A stretch of 64,000 bases of DNA, taken from NCBI GenBank assembly GCA_963845245.1, contig CAWJRJ010000011.1, positions 32,001 through 96,000 of the forward strand, read 5' to 3'. The notes under the pieces are model-generated. The model had not been told where the DNA came from and searched no databases. It saw only the letters and a list, made by a program, of their open reading frames with translations. Shown piece after piece: positions 1-10,281 of the stretch. The stretch comes from Nitrospirota bacterium (lineage in GTDB: Bacteria; Nitrospirota; JACRHJ01). The position numbers were made by a program, and so were the translations under genes. Positions within the stretch are counted from its first letter, which is position 1, and each line of letters starts with the position of its first letter.

Positions 1-733
1 GCTCATAAAAAGCAAATCCTACGTGAAAGGGTACTGGTGGGGTATATTCTTAAGGCTCCTTGTTGTGGGAATTGTTTCGTTAATCCTGAATAAAATACCG
101 TACGTCGGGCCGTTTCTGGTACTGGCCTTTACGCCTTTTACATACATATACCTCAACATGAATTACAGGGCGCTCAAGGAAATCAAGGGGGATATAATCT
201 CAGAACCCTCGTCCAGCGACAGGCAGGTCATGATTGCGCTTGGTGTTCTTGGTTCAATAGCCCTTGTCTTGATGTTCGCATTTGCCCTGAACACACTTTC
301 CAAAATCCCCGGGGGCATGGACAAGCTGCAGGAACTGATTCAAACGGGCGGAGTCAAGAAGCCAGCCGTCGTCGTGCGCGACGAGAGACCCCGGCTCTGG
401 CTGGATAAAAATACATACGTTTCCGGCGAGCAGATTAAAGTGCATTTCACTGCGCCTGCGTCTTACGAGGACAACGCATGGGTGGGTATATTCCAAGCGG
501 ATGCGCCGCACGGAAAAGAGGAAGCAAACGACAAGAACAAGCTGATATTCCAGTACCTCAGGAAGCGCACGTCGGGAGACCTTGTTTTCAGCGGCCCCAC
601 ACGTCCCGGAAACTACGACCTCCGTATGAACGACAGCGACACTCTCGGGACCGAGGTCGCAACCGTCGCCTTCACAGTCACAGCCCCAGTTGCGCAACCG
701 GAACAGCCCGTCCCGGCCAAGCCGGCCCGCTAG
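1..733 (+). CDS. Membrane protein, 5'-truncated by the window, with a C-terminal beta-rich (Ig/SKICH-like) domain and Pro-rich tail
   Basis: Frame open from the window start; several hydrophobic helices, then a domain with AWVGIF...PGNYDLRM; family assignment tentative. Confidence 0.6.
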   Translation, partial: LIKSKSYVKGYWWGIFLRLLVVGIVSLILNKIPYVGPFLVLAFTPFTYIYLNMNYRALKEIKGDIISEPSSSDRQVMIALGVLGSIALVLMFAFALNTLSKIPGGMDKLQELIQTGGVKKPAVVVRDERPRLWLDKNTYVSGEQIKVHFTAPASYEDNAWVGIFQADAPHGKEEANDKNKLIFQYLRKRTSGDLVFSGPTRPGNYDLRMNDSDTLGTEVATVAFTVTAPVAQPEQPVPAKPAR

Positions 734-893
734 AACCGCTTATCCCAAACATTACATAGACTACTTAATTTTCGTCCTTCCTGTTAGTCCATCTTGGCCG
801 TTTTCATCGATATGCGAAAATATTAATCCTGTTTTGCATGCTATACTTATGTACGGTGTGCAGGCTCAATCACTTTGACAGTAGGAGGCCGTC

Positions 894-1766
894 ATGAGAG
901 TCTTCTCGCTTATGTTGTCCATAATCGTCCTTTCCTCCGTGGCAGCATTCGCCGCAGAGCCTGACTGGCAGGCGGTGGAAAAGGCCTTCGGCCGGAAGGG
1001 GACGGTGCAGGGAAATGTCTTCAAGGTTACGTTCCCGAGGAGCGACCTGAAGGTGAGTGTTGGTAAAATCCCCGTCTCGCCCGGTCTTGCGCTGACGTCC
1101 TGGGCTGCGCTCAGGGAAGAGGAGAACGGGACCGCCGTGATGGGCGACCTGGTCCTTACGGAAGACGAGGTGACACCGGTAATGAAACAGCTCCAGGCCG
1201 AGGGAATATGGGTCACTGCCCTGCACAACCACCTGTTGGGCGAGTCGCCGCGGGTCATGTACATTCATTACGGGGGCAGGGGCGACAAAGTGGCGGTCGC
1301 AGGTTCTATGATGCGTGTCTTGAAACTCACGCATACGCCGCTCGGCGCTCCCGCGGCGGAAAAAACCTCGAAGGCAAAACCGGATTGGTCAAAGGTGGAG
1401 GCGATCCTCGGGAAGGCCGGCCAGACAAAGGGGAGCATAGCCTCGTTTTCGTACCCGCGCGCCGAACCCGTCACCGAGATGGGCGTGGAGATCCCGCCTG
1501 TAATGGGGCTGGCCACGGCGATAAACATCGAGATGCTCGGAAACAAAGCGGTGGCCGCGGGCGATTTCGTCCTCACTGCGGATGAGGTCAACCCGGTCGC
1601 ATCGGCGCTTTTGGAGCACGGCATTACTGTTACGGCCATACACAACCACATGCTCTTCGAGACGCCCCGGCTTTTCTTCATGCATATCTGGGGGTACGAC
1701 GAGCCGGGAAAACTGGCAAATGGCATAAAAGCCGCGCTCGAAAAGGTCAAACTCAAGGGCATGTAA
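894..1766 (+). CDS. Secreted tandem DUF1259 (LppY/LpqO-like) protein
   Basis: Signal peptide; AGGAGG RBS; two repeats each with GD(L/F)VLT.DEV.PV and VTA(L/I)HNH(L/M)L.E.PR motifs. Confidence 0.8.
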   Translation: MRVFSLMLSIIVLSSVAAFAAEPDWQAVEKAFGRKGTVQGNVFKVTFPRSDLKVSVGKIPVSPGLALTSWAALREEENGTAVMGDLVLTEDEVTPVMKQLQAEGIWVTALHNHLLGESPRVMYIHYGGRGDKVAVAGSMMRVLKLTHTPLGAPAAEKTSKAKPDWSKVEAILGKAGQTKGSIASFSYPRAEPVTEMGVEIPPVMGLATAINIEMLGNKAVAAGDFVLTADEVNPVASALLEHGITVTAIHNHMLFETPRLFFMHIWGYDEPGKLANGIKAALEKVKLKGM

Positions 1767-2004
1767 ACTACACGGGGCAGCTTTGAAAACGCATAAAACC
1801 GCCAATTAATGGCGGCACGCAGCTTGTAATCCGGCACTGCCTGCAGAGTGCCGAAATGCGTGAACTGCTCGAATACCCCATATAAAATGCACCCGGATTA
1901 GCACTATGCGATATAAACATCCCGTTCATTTGACAAATAAGGAATAGCGTGATTAATTATATAGTATTAACAAAATCTAATTATAACTACTCGGGGTAGC
2001 GCGG

Positions 2005-2574
2005 ATGAAAAGGCATCTTTATATTCAGAAAGAGTTCCAGTCCAGGGTTATTATAAACTTCTGCCTGCTTATCCTTTCAGGTTTTTTTCTTTTCTGCGTT
2101 GCCTATTACTACTCTGTCAACGTAAAGCTGGACGGAAATTATGCTGATACGCTCGACAAGGTCCGCTTCTTGAAAAACGCTTTTATGGACAGGTTCTTCA
2201 TCCTCGAGCTTGCCGTTTTGGCTTTCCTGGGAGCAGGCGTGACCCTAATGACCCTTTTCATGTCGCACCGCATAGCGGGCCCGCTCTGGCGTATCGAGCA
2301 GACGGCAAAAGCGGTGGGCGCGGGTGACCTGGCCGTCAGGATCCACCTCCGGGAGAAAGACGAGATACGGGGCCTTGCAGACCAGATGAACAGGATGACT
2401 GAAACGATGGGCACAAAGCTCAAGGAAATAAATGCAAGCGTCATGATACTGGAAGAGAACGTAGCAATCTTGAGGATGCATATAGAAAACAACAATACTG
2501 AAACCGAAACAGCTTTGCGGCTGGCAGAGGAGATAAAACGTGCCAGCAAAGCAGTGGTCAACAAACTTCTATAA
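2005..2574 (+). CDS. Two-TM HAMP-domain protein without output domain
   Basis: KRHLYIQKEFQSR N-terminus, two TMs, HAMP SHRIAGPL...GDL...LREKDEI. Confidence 0.8.
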   Translation: MKRHLYIQKEFQSRVIINFCLLILSGFFLFCVAYYYSVNVKLDGNYADTLDKVRFLKNAFMDRFFILELAVLAFLGAGVTLMTLFMSHRIAGPLWRIEQTAKAVGAGDLAVRIHLREKDEIRGLADQMNRMTETMGTKLKEINASVMILEENVAILRMHIENNNTETETALRLAEEIKRASKAVVNKLL

Positions 2575-2626
2575 AAACACCCGTTTCTTATAATATTACT
2601 TCACGGATTTAGAAGGAGTCACGCCA

Positions 2627-3538
2627 TTGTCTTACCAATCAGGACGCACAAGCGGCTTTCGAACCAGGATATTAATCGTTATCGTCTGCGTACTGGCTGC
2701 GGCCGCATTAGCCATCGCAAGCCGTGACAACGGTGAACCCCCGCACCAGTTCTCCCAGAACGACTGTTTCTCGTGCCATTTTACAATCCCTGAAAAAAAC
2801 GACGGAGGGCCGTTACGCTTTACGGATACCGTCTCAAGGCTCTGCGGCCGCTGCCATGACATGTCGAAGGACATATCTCACCAGGTGGACATGGTGCCCA
2901 CCGGAGATATCCAGATCCCCAAGGATATGCCCCTTGACGAACAGGGCAGGGTCACCTGCATCACCTGTCATAACATCCACGGCCCTTACAAAAACCCTCT
3001 TACAGGCACGCGTACGTATTTCCTCAGGCGCGATGCAAGCGGCAAAAATTTCTGTCTTTCCTGCCACACCACAAACGAGTCGCTCGCAAGGATAAGCCTC
3101 GCATCTACCAGCCCGTCTTCCGCAGGTATGGCTATACCCCCGGTCTCGCATCGTCCGGCAATGGACAAAGGCCATGGATTTGCGCAGTTTGCGGTTACAG
3201 ACACCACTACCGAGCTTGACCCGCTCTCGCTCGCATGCCTGGAATGCCATGGAGAGCCCGGCTCTCCGCCGAAGACTACGCTTGGCGCGGGCGTGTGGCG
3301 CCATGCGAAGGAGGGGATCGGCCTCTCGCACCCAATAGGGATTGACTATTACAGGGCAACAAGGGATTTTAAGGACCTGATGCCCATCGACAGGCTGGAC
3401 CCGAGGATCAAGCTGTTCGACGGAAAGATGGGCTGCTGCAGTTGCCATGACCCTTACGTCCCGAACGACGGACAATCCCTTGTAATCGGTTCGCGCGGGA
3501 GTTTCCAGGACCTTTGCTTCGGGTGTCATCTTAAATAA
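2627..3538 (+). CDS. Multihaem cytochrome c (7 CxxCH, doubled-CxxCH type)
   Basis: CFSCH, CGRCH, CITCH, CLSCH, CLECH, CCSCH, CFGCH; N-terminal anchor; AAGGAG RBS before a TTG start. Confidence 0.9.
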   Translation: MSYQSGRTSGFRTRILIVIVCVLAAAALAIASRDNGEPPHQFSQNDCFSCHFTIPEKNDGGPLRFTDTVSRLCGRCHDMSKDISHQVDMVPTGDIQIPKDMPLDEQGRVTCITCHNIHGPYKNPLTGTRTYFLRRDASGKNFCLSCHTTNESLARISLASTSPSSAGMAIPPVSHRPAMDKGHGFAQFAVTDTTTELDPLSLACLECHGEPGSPPKTTLGAGVWRHAKEGIGLSHPIGIDYYRATRDFKDLMPIDRLDPRIKLFDGKMGCCSCHDPYVPNDGQSLVIGSRGSFQDLCFGCHLK

Positions 3539-3549
3539 AGGAGTGCGCG

Positions 3550-4176
3550 ATGTTTTTTGGCAAAAAAGACTTGAAGCCCTGGCGACGACGCAATTATTTC
3601 ATAAAGAAGGGGTTCCAGGCCCGTTTCATACTAAAATTCCTTGGCATCGCAGTTTTCGGGAGCGCCGTATCCGGCCTCTTTATATACCACCTTACTTCCC
3701 GGAATATCGAAGGTACTTTTTATAGTTCGCATATTAAGATCTCCTCGACAGGCCAACTTGTACTCCCGACACTGGTCAGCGTAAACTTTGGTGTCATTGT
3801 GCTGGTGCTTTTGGCCGTTGCCATTTTGACCTTGTTTATATCCAATAAAATCGCAGGGCCGGTATACCGTATGGGCAAATACACCGAAAAGATAGGCCTG
3901 CAGGACTTTACGGCCAATTTCGCTTTAAGGTCCGGCGACGAAACGAAATACCTCGCAGAATCTTTTGAAGGGATGAACCGGGAGTTGAAGAACCGTTTTG
4001 ACAGGTTGAGGCGGCGTGCAAGGAACATGGACGCCGCGTCTGACGGCCTTTTGCAACGCTACTCTGCAGGAGCGGAAAACTCCTCTTCCAATATGGGCCT
4101 GGAAATGAGTGAGATTGCGGAACTGACGTCCAGTGTCGATGCATTGAAGAACGAACTCTCAAAGTTCAAGACTTAA
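3550..4176 (+). CDS. Two-TM HAMP-domain protein, paralog of 2005..2574
   Basis: RRRNYFIKKGFQARF N-terminus; SNKIAGPVYR...LRSGDE HAMP. Confidence 0.8.
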   Translation: MFFGKKDLKPWRRRNYFIKKGFQARFILKFLGIAVFGSAVSGLFIYHLTSRNIEGTFYSSHIKISSTGQLVLPTLVSVNFGVIVLVLLAVAILTLFISNKIAGPVYRMGKYTEKIGLQDFTANFALRSGDETKYLAESFEGMNRELKNRFDRLRRRARNMDAASDGLLQRYSAGAENSSSNMGLEMSEIAELTSSVDALKNELSKFKT

Positions 4177-4181
4177 TAAAA

Positions 4182-4207
4182 GCCGTCCACCTGGCCAGGT
4201 GGACGGC
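4182..4207. terminator. Probable bidirectional intrinsic terminator
   Basis: Perfect 26-bp palindrome GCCGTCCACCTGG/CCAGGTGGACGGC between convergent genes, with an A-run on the left. Confidence 0.7.
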
Positions 4208-4238
4208 ATATTCAAGCCTGCCCTGTTTCTAACACATT

Positions 4239-5066
4239 TTATTTCGCGTTCGGGTTAAAAAGCGCGTTGCCATACTTATCCTTGAAGCCGCCAATCAACT
4301 TCTGGCCAGCGGGACCGGTAACGTAGCTTATGAAGTCCTTTGCCTCCCTGTAATGAGCGTGGGGGAACTTCGCAGGGTTCACGGCCATCACCGAGTACTG
4401 GTTATACAGGGCCGTGTCGCCGGCATACAGCAAGGTAATATTCTTCAGGGTGTCCTTCATGGCAAGCCAGGTCGCCCTGTCCGAGAGGGTATACGCGCCC
4501 TTCTCATCCGTTATGCGAAGGGCCGCCTCCATGCTCTGGCCCACCGACAGATAACCCTTAAGCACCTTGATGTCTACTCCAGCCGCCTTCCACATCTTCT
4601 TCTCGCGGGCGTCCGTGCCGGACTCATCACCACGTGAAACGAATATTACACCGGCATCGGACATCTTCTTGAATGCGGCCGAGGCTGAAGCCGCTTTTCT
4701 CACCCCCGCCGGGTCCGACGCCGGTCCCATGACCACGAAGTCGTTATACATCACCAGGTGCCGGTCCACACCAAACCCTTCGGCCACAAACTTATCCTCC
4801 TTCTCCTTGTCGTGCACGAGCAGGATGTCCGCATCGCCGCGCCTGGCGATCTCTATCGCCTTGCCGGTGCCGACCGCGATCACGTCGATCTTGATGTCCT
4901 TCAGCTTCGTCCATTTGTAGTAGGCTGGTATAAGCACGTCAAAAAGCCCGGTGTTCTGGGTTGAAGTGGTCGATGCGAGTATGACCCTCGTCTCTGCATT
5001 GGAGTTTGGAACGAAAATGAAAGTGACCGCCACTAATGCGAGTAAAAACCTTAATAACCTGGACAT
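4239..5066 (-). CDS. tupA: Tungstate ABC transporter substrate-binding protein
   Basis: Signal peptide; STTSTQNTGL, GTGKA, SRGDESGT and N.YSV motifs typical of TupA. Confidence 0.9.
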   Translation of the reverse strand: MSRLLRFLLALVAVTFIFVPNSNAETRVILASTTSTQNTGLFDVLIPAYYKWTKLKDIKIDVIAVGTGKAIEIARRGDADILLVHDKEKEDKFVAEGFGVDRHLVMYNDFVVMGPASDPAGVRKAASASAAFKKMSDAGVIFVSRGDESGTDAREKKMWKAAGVDIKVLKGYLSVGQSMEAALRITDEKGAYTLSDRATWLAMKDTLKNITLLYAGDTALYNQYSVMAVNPAKFPHAHYREAKDFISYVTGPAGQKLIGGFKDKYGNALFNPNAK

Positions 5067-5113
5067 TGATTTTCTCCATTAATAAAAACGTTGATAATAA
5101 ATCCCTGGACAAC

Positions 5114-5152
5114 AAAAAAGCCGATTACCCGCTTTGAGACAAGGGTATCGGC
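5114..5152 (-). terminator. Intrinsic terminator in the tupA leader (riboswitch expression platform)
   Basis: Minus strand GCCGATACCC...GGGTAATCGGC followed by T6, between the aptamer and the tupA start. Confidence 0.8.
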
Positions 5153-5161
5153 CCGCACGCA

Positions 5162-5270
5162 AGCCTCCTTTCCAAGATAACGGGAGACCATGCCTTTTCA
5201 GACATGACCCTAAGCGGCCGGGGTCCATGGCCTTGTGAGGGGCTTTAGGGCGGTCCGGCTTCGGAGAATA
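5162..5270 (-). ncRNA. Moco-class riboswitch, P3-less (Tuco-type) variant
   Basis: Minus strand CTCCGA...CCTAA...ATGG...AGGGT-CATGTC-TGAAAA-GGCATG-GTCTCCCGT...TGGAAAGGAG matches the Moco RNA motif; directly upstream of tupA. Confidence 0.85.
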
Positions 5271-5283
5271 TTAAGTTCTGAGT

Positions 5284-5312
5284 AATATAGTAAAGGCGCG
5301 GGCTTTTGTCAA
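5284..5312 (-). promoter_or_regulatory. Sigma70-type promoter for riboswitch-tupA
   Basis: TTGACA-17 bp-TATATT on the minus strand, ending just upstream of the aptamer. Confidence 0.75.
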
Positions 5313-5316
5313 GGCT

Positions 5317-8300
5317 TTAGGCAGCCAGACGTTCATCGATTACATCGAGGAAGGCTTCAACTATTTCCGGGTCGAACTGAGTGCCTCCGCAACGCCTGAA
5401 CTCCGCAACGGCAAATTCGTAGCCCGGCGCCGGCCGATAAGGCCTGTCGGCGGTCATTGAGTCACACGAATCCGCTATGCAAAGTATTCGGGCAAGAAGC
5501 GGGATATCACTGCCCGAAAGACCAGCCGGGTAACCTTTACCGTCCCAGCGTTCATGATGGTAGCGGATCAGGGGTATGATGTCCTTGAACTGTTTTATGG
5601 GTTGCAGTATGTCAGCGCCCGCATCGGGGTGTTTTTTGACCAGCTCAAACTCTTCGTCGGTAAGTTTGTCGGGTTTATCGAGTATCACATCATAGGTCCC
5701 TATCTTCCCGATGTCATGGAGCAGGCCTGCGAGCTTCAGTTTGTCCTTTTCTTCCTGGGAAAGCCCCATCTGGTCGGCTATCATCAACGCAAAGTTAGTG
5801 ACACGCTCCGAGTGGCCCTTCGTCCAGGGGCTCTTGGCATCTATCGCGGAAGATAGCGCGGTAACGACGTTTATAAACATCTCCTCTACGTCCGAGAGCA
5901 GGCGTGCGTTTTCAAGCGCTATGCCTATCTGACAGGACAGCCTCTCTATAGTCGTTATGTCTTCGCGGGTGTAACCGGCGACACGGAAGCTGCCTACTTG
6001 AAGCAGGCCGACACCATTCCCTTTGCATATGATCGGGACAAACAAGTCAGACCTGATACCCCCGTCAAACAAGGCCTTGTCAAAATCACTCAAACAAGCC
6101 TCCCCGGCCAGGTTATTACGCACCATTGTCATACCGGTTTTGAGGGTAGCGGCGCCCGTACACTGCTCGAGCGTCATTAAATCGCCCTTCTTGCTGCCCA
6201 TACACCATCCATAGTGAAACCTGAGTGAACTGTTATCCTCATCCAGCAACAATACGCATGCTATGTCCGCCGGGACTACCCGCCTTAACTGCGAGACAGC
6301 GGCTGTCAACACCTCTTCCCGGTCGAGCGTGGACAACACCTTGGTGTCTATATCATACAGGACCTTCAGTGTTTCGAGCGACCTTGCCAGCTCTATGCTT
6401 TTGTTCTGGGTCTCCTGGTAAAGACGGCCGCTGTCGTGTGCTACGCCCAACTGCCTTGCAATCCCCTCTATAATTGCCAGGACCCTATGATCCGGCGGAA
6501 TACGGTCGAAGTTGACGCACAGAAAACCTACTGTCTTGTCTCTTGTAATTATCGGGGTCAATACCAGTTCACGGAGCATAAGTGCGTCTGTGAAATCTGC
6601 GAGTCCGAAACATTCCAATTCGTCACTTTTCAATACCATGGTCGATTTCGAAGTAAGCGCATCCTTGAAACAGATTATGTCTTCGACCGGGGCATTCAAG
6701 TCGTAAAACTGTTTAAGTCCGTCACCCGTAAGCCCTACGGAGCATTGCGGCAGAAGTATATCGTCGCTTGACAGCAGGAATATGAAGACGCTTTTGCTCG
6801 CTGTTAGCTCGTGCACCAACCCAGCCACATTGCCGGCAACCTCCTCCCACACCAGGTTTCTGCTGGCGACGTTGGCGGCCTCGAGGAGCGCACCCGTGAT
6901 CGCGGCCTCATTGCGAAGCGCGTCCTCCGACCTCTTGCGCTCGGTGATGTCTACTATGGATACCAGGACGCTGGAAAGAGTCTGCTCGCAGCCAGGTTTT
7001 ACCGAACAATACACCGTAACGTTACGTAGCAGGCCGCTCATTGTTTTAACAACAGCGTCGTTTACCATATCTGTTTCACCCTTCCACAAGGAGATCAATT
7101 CGCTCTGGAAGGCAAAAAAAGACTCTGGTGTAAATGTGTTGGGCAACCCCCTTAACAATTCCTCCTTGCTAGACGCCTCGTGCATCGACAATGCAGCACG
7201 GTTTACATTAATAACTTTGGCCAGTTCGGCACACCGGCGGACCACCTCTGGATGTTGCTGCAGATATGCCTCGATATCGCCGACCCCCTGATCCCTTAGG
7301 TCGTCGAATATGTTTTTAACGGCAGAAAAATCCTCCTCCCATATTGACACGGGCGAGTTTTCGAACACCAACCGGAATCGCTCTTCGCTTGATTTTAGCG
7401 CCTCCGCCGCCTCCTTGCGGTCTGTGATGTCGCGTACGATCCCCCTGTATGAAGTGATTATGCCTTTAGCATCTTTCACTGCGGTCAGGGAGGCACTTGC
7501 TATAAACTTATCGCCGTTTTTTTTCTTGAGAACTATCTCGTATTCAGCGCTTCCCTGAGCATTGACCATCGACAGTATTCGCTGTCTGTCCTGCGGGTCA
7601 GCATAGATATCCCGCGCAAGGTCAACGGCAAATATCTCCTCTTTCGTATCGTAACCAAACATCTTGACGCCTTTTTTGTTCATATCGAGGATATTTCCTC
7701 TAGGGGAGGTGATAAAGAGACCGTCGAAGGACTCCTCGAAGATAGTGCGGTATTTTTCCTCGCTTTCCTGCAATGCCTCCTCCGCCCTCTTCTTCAGCTT
7801 TTCCTGCTCGATGGACTTTAACGCAAATGAAATGTCCGCCGCCATCTCGTCCAGCAGCAGGACTTCATCCTCGCTGAAGAAACCAGGCTTCTGCGAATAT
7901 ACCACAATGGCTCCTATCGACTTGCCATCGCGCATCAACGGAAAGGACGCGCTTGATAGGTAACCGCGTTTTAGCGCTTCGGCACGCCATGGCAGCATAT
8001 CCGGATTATTCGCCGTATCATTGTTGATCTCGTGCAGCCCTTTACGAATGGAGGTGCCGGTCGGTCCCTCGCCTTCCGGTACATCGCCTACGGATATCCT
8101 GATATTTTTCAGGTATCCTTCCTCGCAGCCCGTATAGGCCACTGGCCTCACCGTTTGCGTATCTTCATCCAGCAGGCCCACCCATGCCATGACAAACCTG
8201 CCTTTATCGACGGCTATGCGGCATATATTCTCGAAAAGGGACTGCTGGTCTGTTTCCCTTATTATCAACTGGTTAACGGAACTTAGTACCGCATAGACCC

Positions 8301-8726
8301 TGTTGAGATCGTTGATCTTTCCCTCCGCCCATTTGCGTTCAGCCCTGTCCTCAGCCTCCTTTAGTGCACGGCGGATTGCAGGCGCGAGGCGCGAAAGTTT
8401 GTCTTTCAGCACATAATCCGTGGCGCCGCTTTTAAGGGACTCGACCGCAATGTCCTCACCCATCTTCCCGGACACGAATATGTAGGGAACGTCCGGACAG
8501 TACTCGAGTGCCATTTTCAATGCCGACATGCCGTCGAAGGTGGGTAGGGAATAGTCCGCAAGTATCAGGTCAAACCTGCGGTCTCCAAGCGCCGAGACAA
8601 AGTCGGCCCTGGTGTCCACACGCGTGATATCGCAGTGAACTGCCATCTGAATAGAGCCTGGCCTGAACCAGGTCGGCATCTGAGACGGTCGTCCTCAAGA
8701 TGGAGTATTTGGACCGGTCTTTCCAT
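5317..8726 (-). CDS. REC-GAF-PAS-PAS-GAF-GAF-HD-GYP cyclic dinucleotide phosphodiesterase (frameshifted near the 5' end)
   Basis: LLHDIGK and HHERWDGKGYP; true start MERPVQILHLEDD at 8726 is out of frame with ORF 5317..8679. Confidence 0.85.
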
Positions 8727-8759
8727 AGACGCACCCTGTTAAACTATTCTTTTGACCGC

Positions 8760-10112
8760 TCAGGCGTCGCCCAATATTACATCCTCTTCGGTAAAATCCC
8801 TCAAGAACACGCCAGCGACCATGGGGTCGAACTGAACGGCTGAAAGGTCCCTGATCTCCTCGGCGGCCTCATGGAAACTCCGGGCCTTCTTATAACTGTG
8901 GCTGCTGGTCATCACGTCGAAGGCCTCGGCCAGGCTTATTATCCTGCCCCCAAGGTCAATATCCTCGCCCTTCAGCCCAGACGGGTAACCGCACCCGTCG
9001 TAGCGCTCATGGTGGTCGCGGATCATTGGGCCAACGTCCTTCCACTGGCTTATATTTTTGACCATATCCCAGCCCAGGGTCGAGTGTAGCTTGTACATCC
9101 CGTTGTCCTGGTTATTATGGAAAGCGTTGCATTTGATCAACCCTATATCGTGCAGTATTGCGCCAAAGTAAATATTCCTGACCTCCTCCTCCGTCAGCCC
9201 CAACCCTCTTGCAAGCTTGACCGCGTACTGAGCCACCCTCTTGGAGTGGCCTTTTTTGTGGGGCATGAAGTTATCTATGGCTGCCTGTATTATATCCACC
9301 AGGTGGACGAAGTCACCTTTTAGGTCGCTTATGGTTTTGCTCCTGTGGATTGCGGCGGCAGCGTGCCCGGCAAGAGAGCCAAGCGAGTTCAGGTCTTCCT
9401 CGCTAAAACCCGCACCCTTGCGCTTGTTTATCGCCTCTATGACACCCATGCACCTTCCGCCGAAGATAAGCGGAACGCAGATTATGGATTTAGTGATAAA
9501 ACCGCTTTCGTCGTCGAAGCGTTTTGAGAAACGCGGGTCTTTATTGACGTCGTTTTTTATTACCGGTTTTCCTTCCTTCGCCGACCATCCGGCTATACCC
9601 TCTCCGGATTTTATCGCTTTGCCCTTGAGCGCATGCACGGCTGGGCCTTCCACATATTCGAAACGCAAAGCCCCGGCGTCGTCGAATAAAAGAAGTGAAC
9701 TGGCCTCGGCGTCAAGCATATCCTTTGCGGCCGCGGCGACGGAGTCCACTAGAGTATCGACATACCCTTCCTCCTCAAAACGTCTTGTATTGGACAGCAG
9801 TCTTCCCATGTTGGAGTTTATGCCCTGAAGGGCTTCGCCACTGTCTTTTATAAGCTTGGAGATAACGTATAGTCCCAGAAGCGAGACTATTATTGCAAAT
9901 GTGAGCATCGCAGTAATTGAAAGGCCGCTTTCCTCCTTGCCGTTTCCCACAAACATTGGAAAAATGTATTCTACATAAAGGTAGGTGATCAGGAGGAGGG
10001 GCACTATGTATATGCCCAGCATCGCAAGCGTCAACTTTTTGAGCATGCCTATAATACCGGCACTTCTTTTTTCAGGTTTGACGTCCGGCCCCTGTTTAAG
10101 CCACTTCATCAT
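8760..10112 (-). CDS. Membrane GAF/HD-GYP phosphodiesterase
   Basis: Two TMs; GAF (GEGIAGW...EAINK); ILHDIG and HHERYDGCGYP. Confidence 0.85.
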   Translation of the reverse strand: MMKWLKQGPDVKPEKRSAGIIGMLKKLTLAMLGIYIVPLLLITYLYVEYIFPMFVGNGKEESGLSITAMLTFAIIVSLLGLYVISKLIKDSGEALQGINSNMGRLLSNTRRFEEEGYVDTLVDSVAAAAKDMLDAEASSLLLFDDAGALRFEYVEGPAVHALKGKAIKSGEGIAGWSAKEGKPVIKNDVNKDPRFSKRFDDESGFITKSIICVPLIFGGRCMGVIEAINKRKGAGFSEEDLNSLGSLAGHAAAAIHRSKTISDLKGDFVHLVDIIQAAIDNFMPHKKGHSKRVAQYAVKLARGLGLTEEEVRNIYFGAILHDIGLIKCNAFHNNQDNGMYKLHSTLGWDMVKNISQWKDVGPMIRDHHERYDGCGYPSGLKGEDIDLGGRIISLAEAFDVMTSSHSYKKARSFHEAAEEIRDLSAVQFDPMVAGVFLRDFTEEDVILGDA

Positions 10113-10281
10113 GGCAGACCCCTTTCATGTGGTTTCCGGTGGCGGGCATATATTACAAATATTATACCTCATATATTCATATTTAACCTGGCCAGGCGCT
10201 ATAATTATCAGAGACTCTGGCAATTAATGCAATATACGCTTAGAGCGGTCCAACCTGGCTGCAAGAACTTGCTTTATCGGC

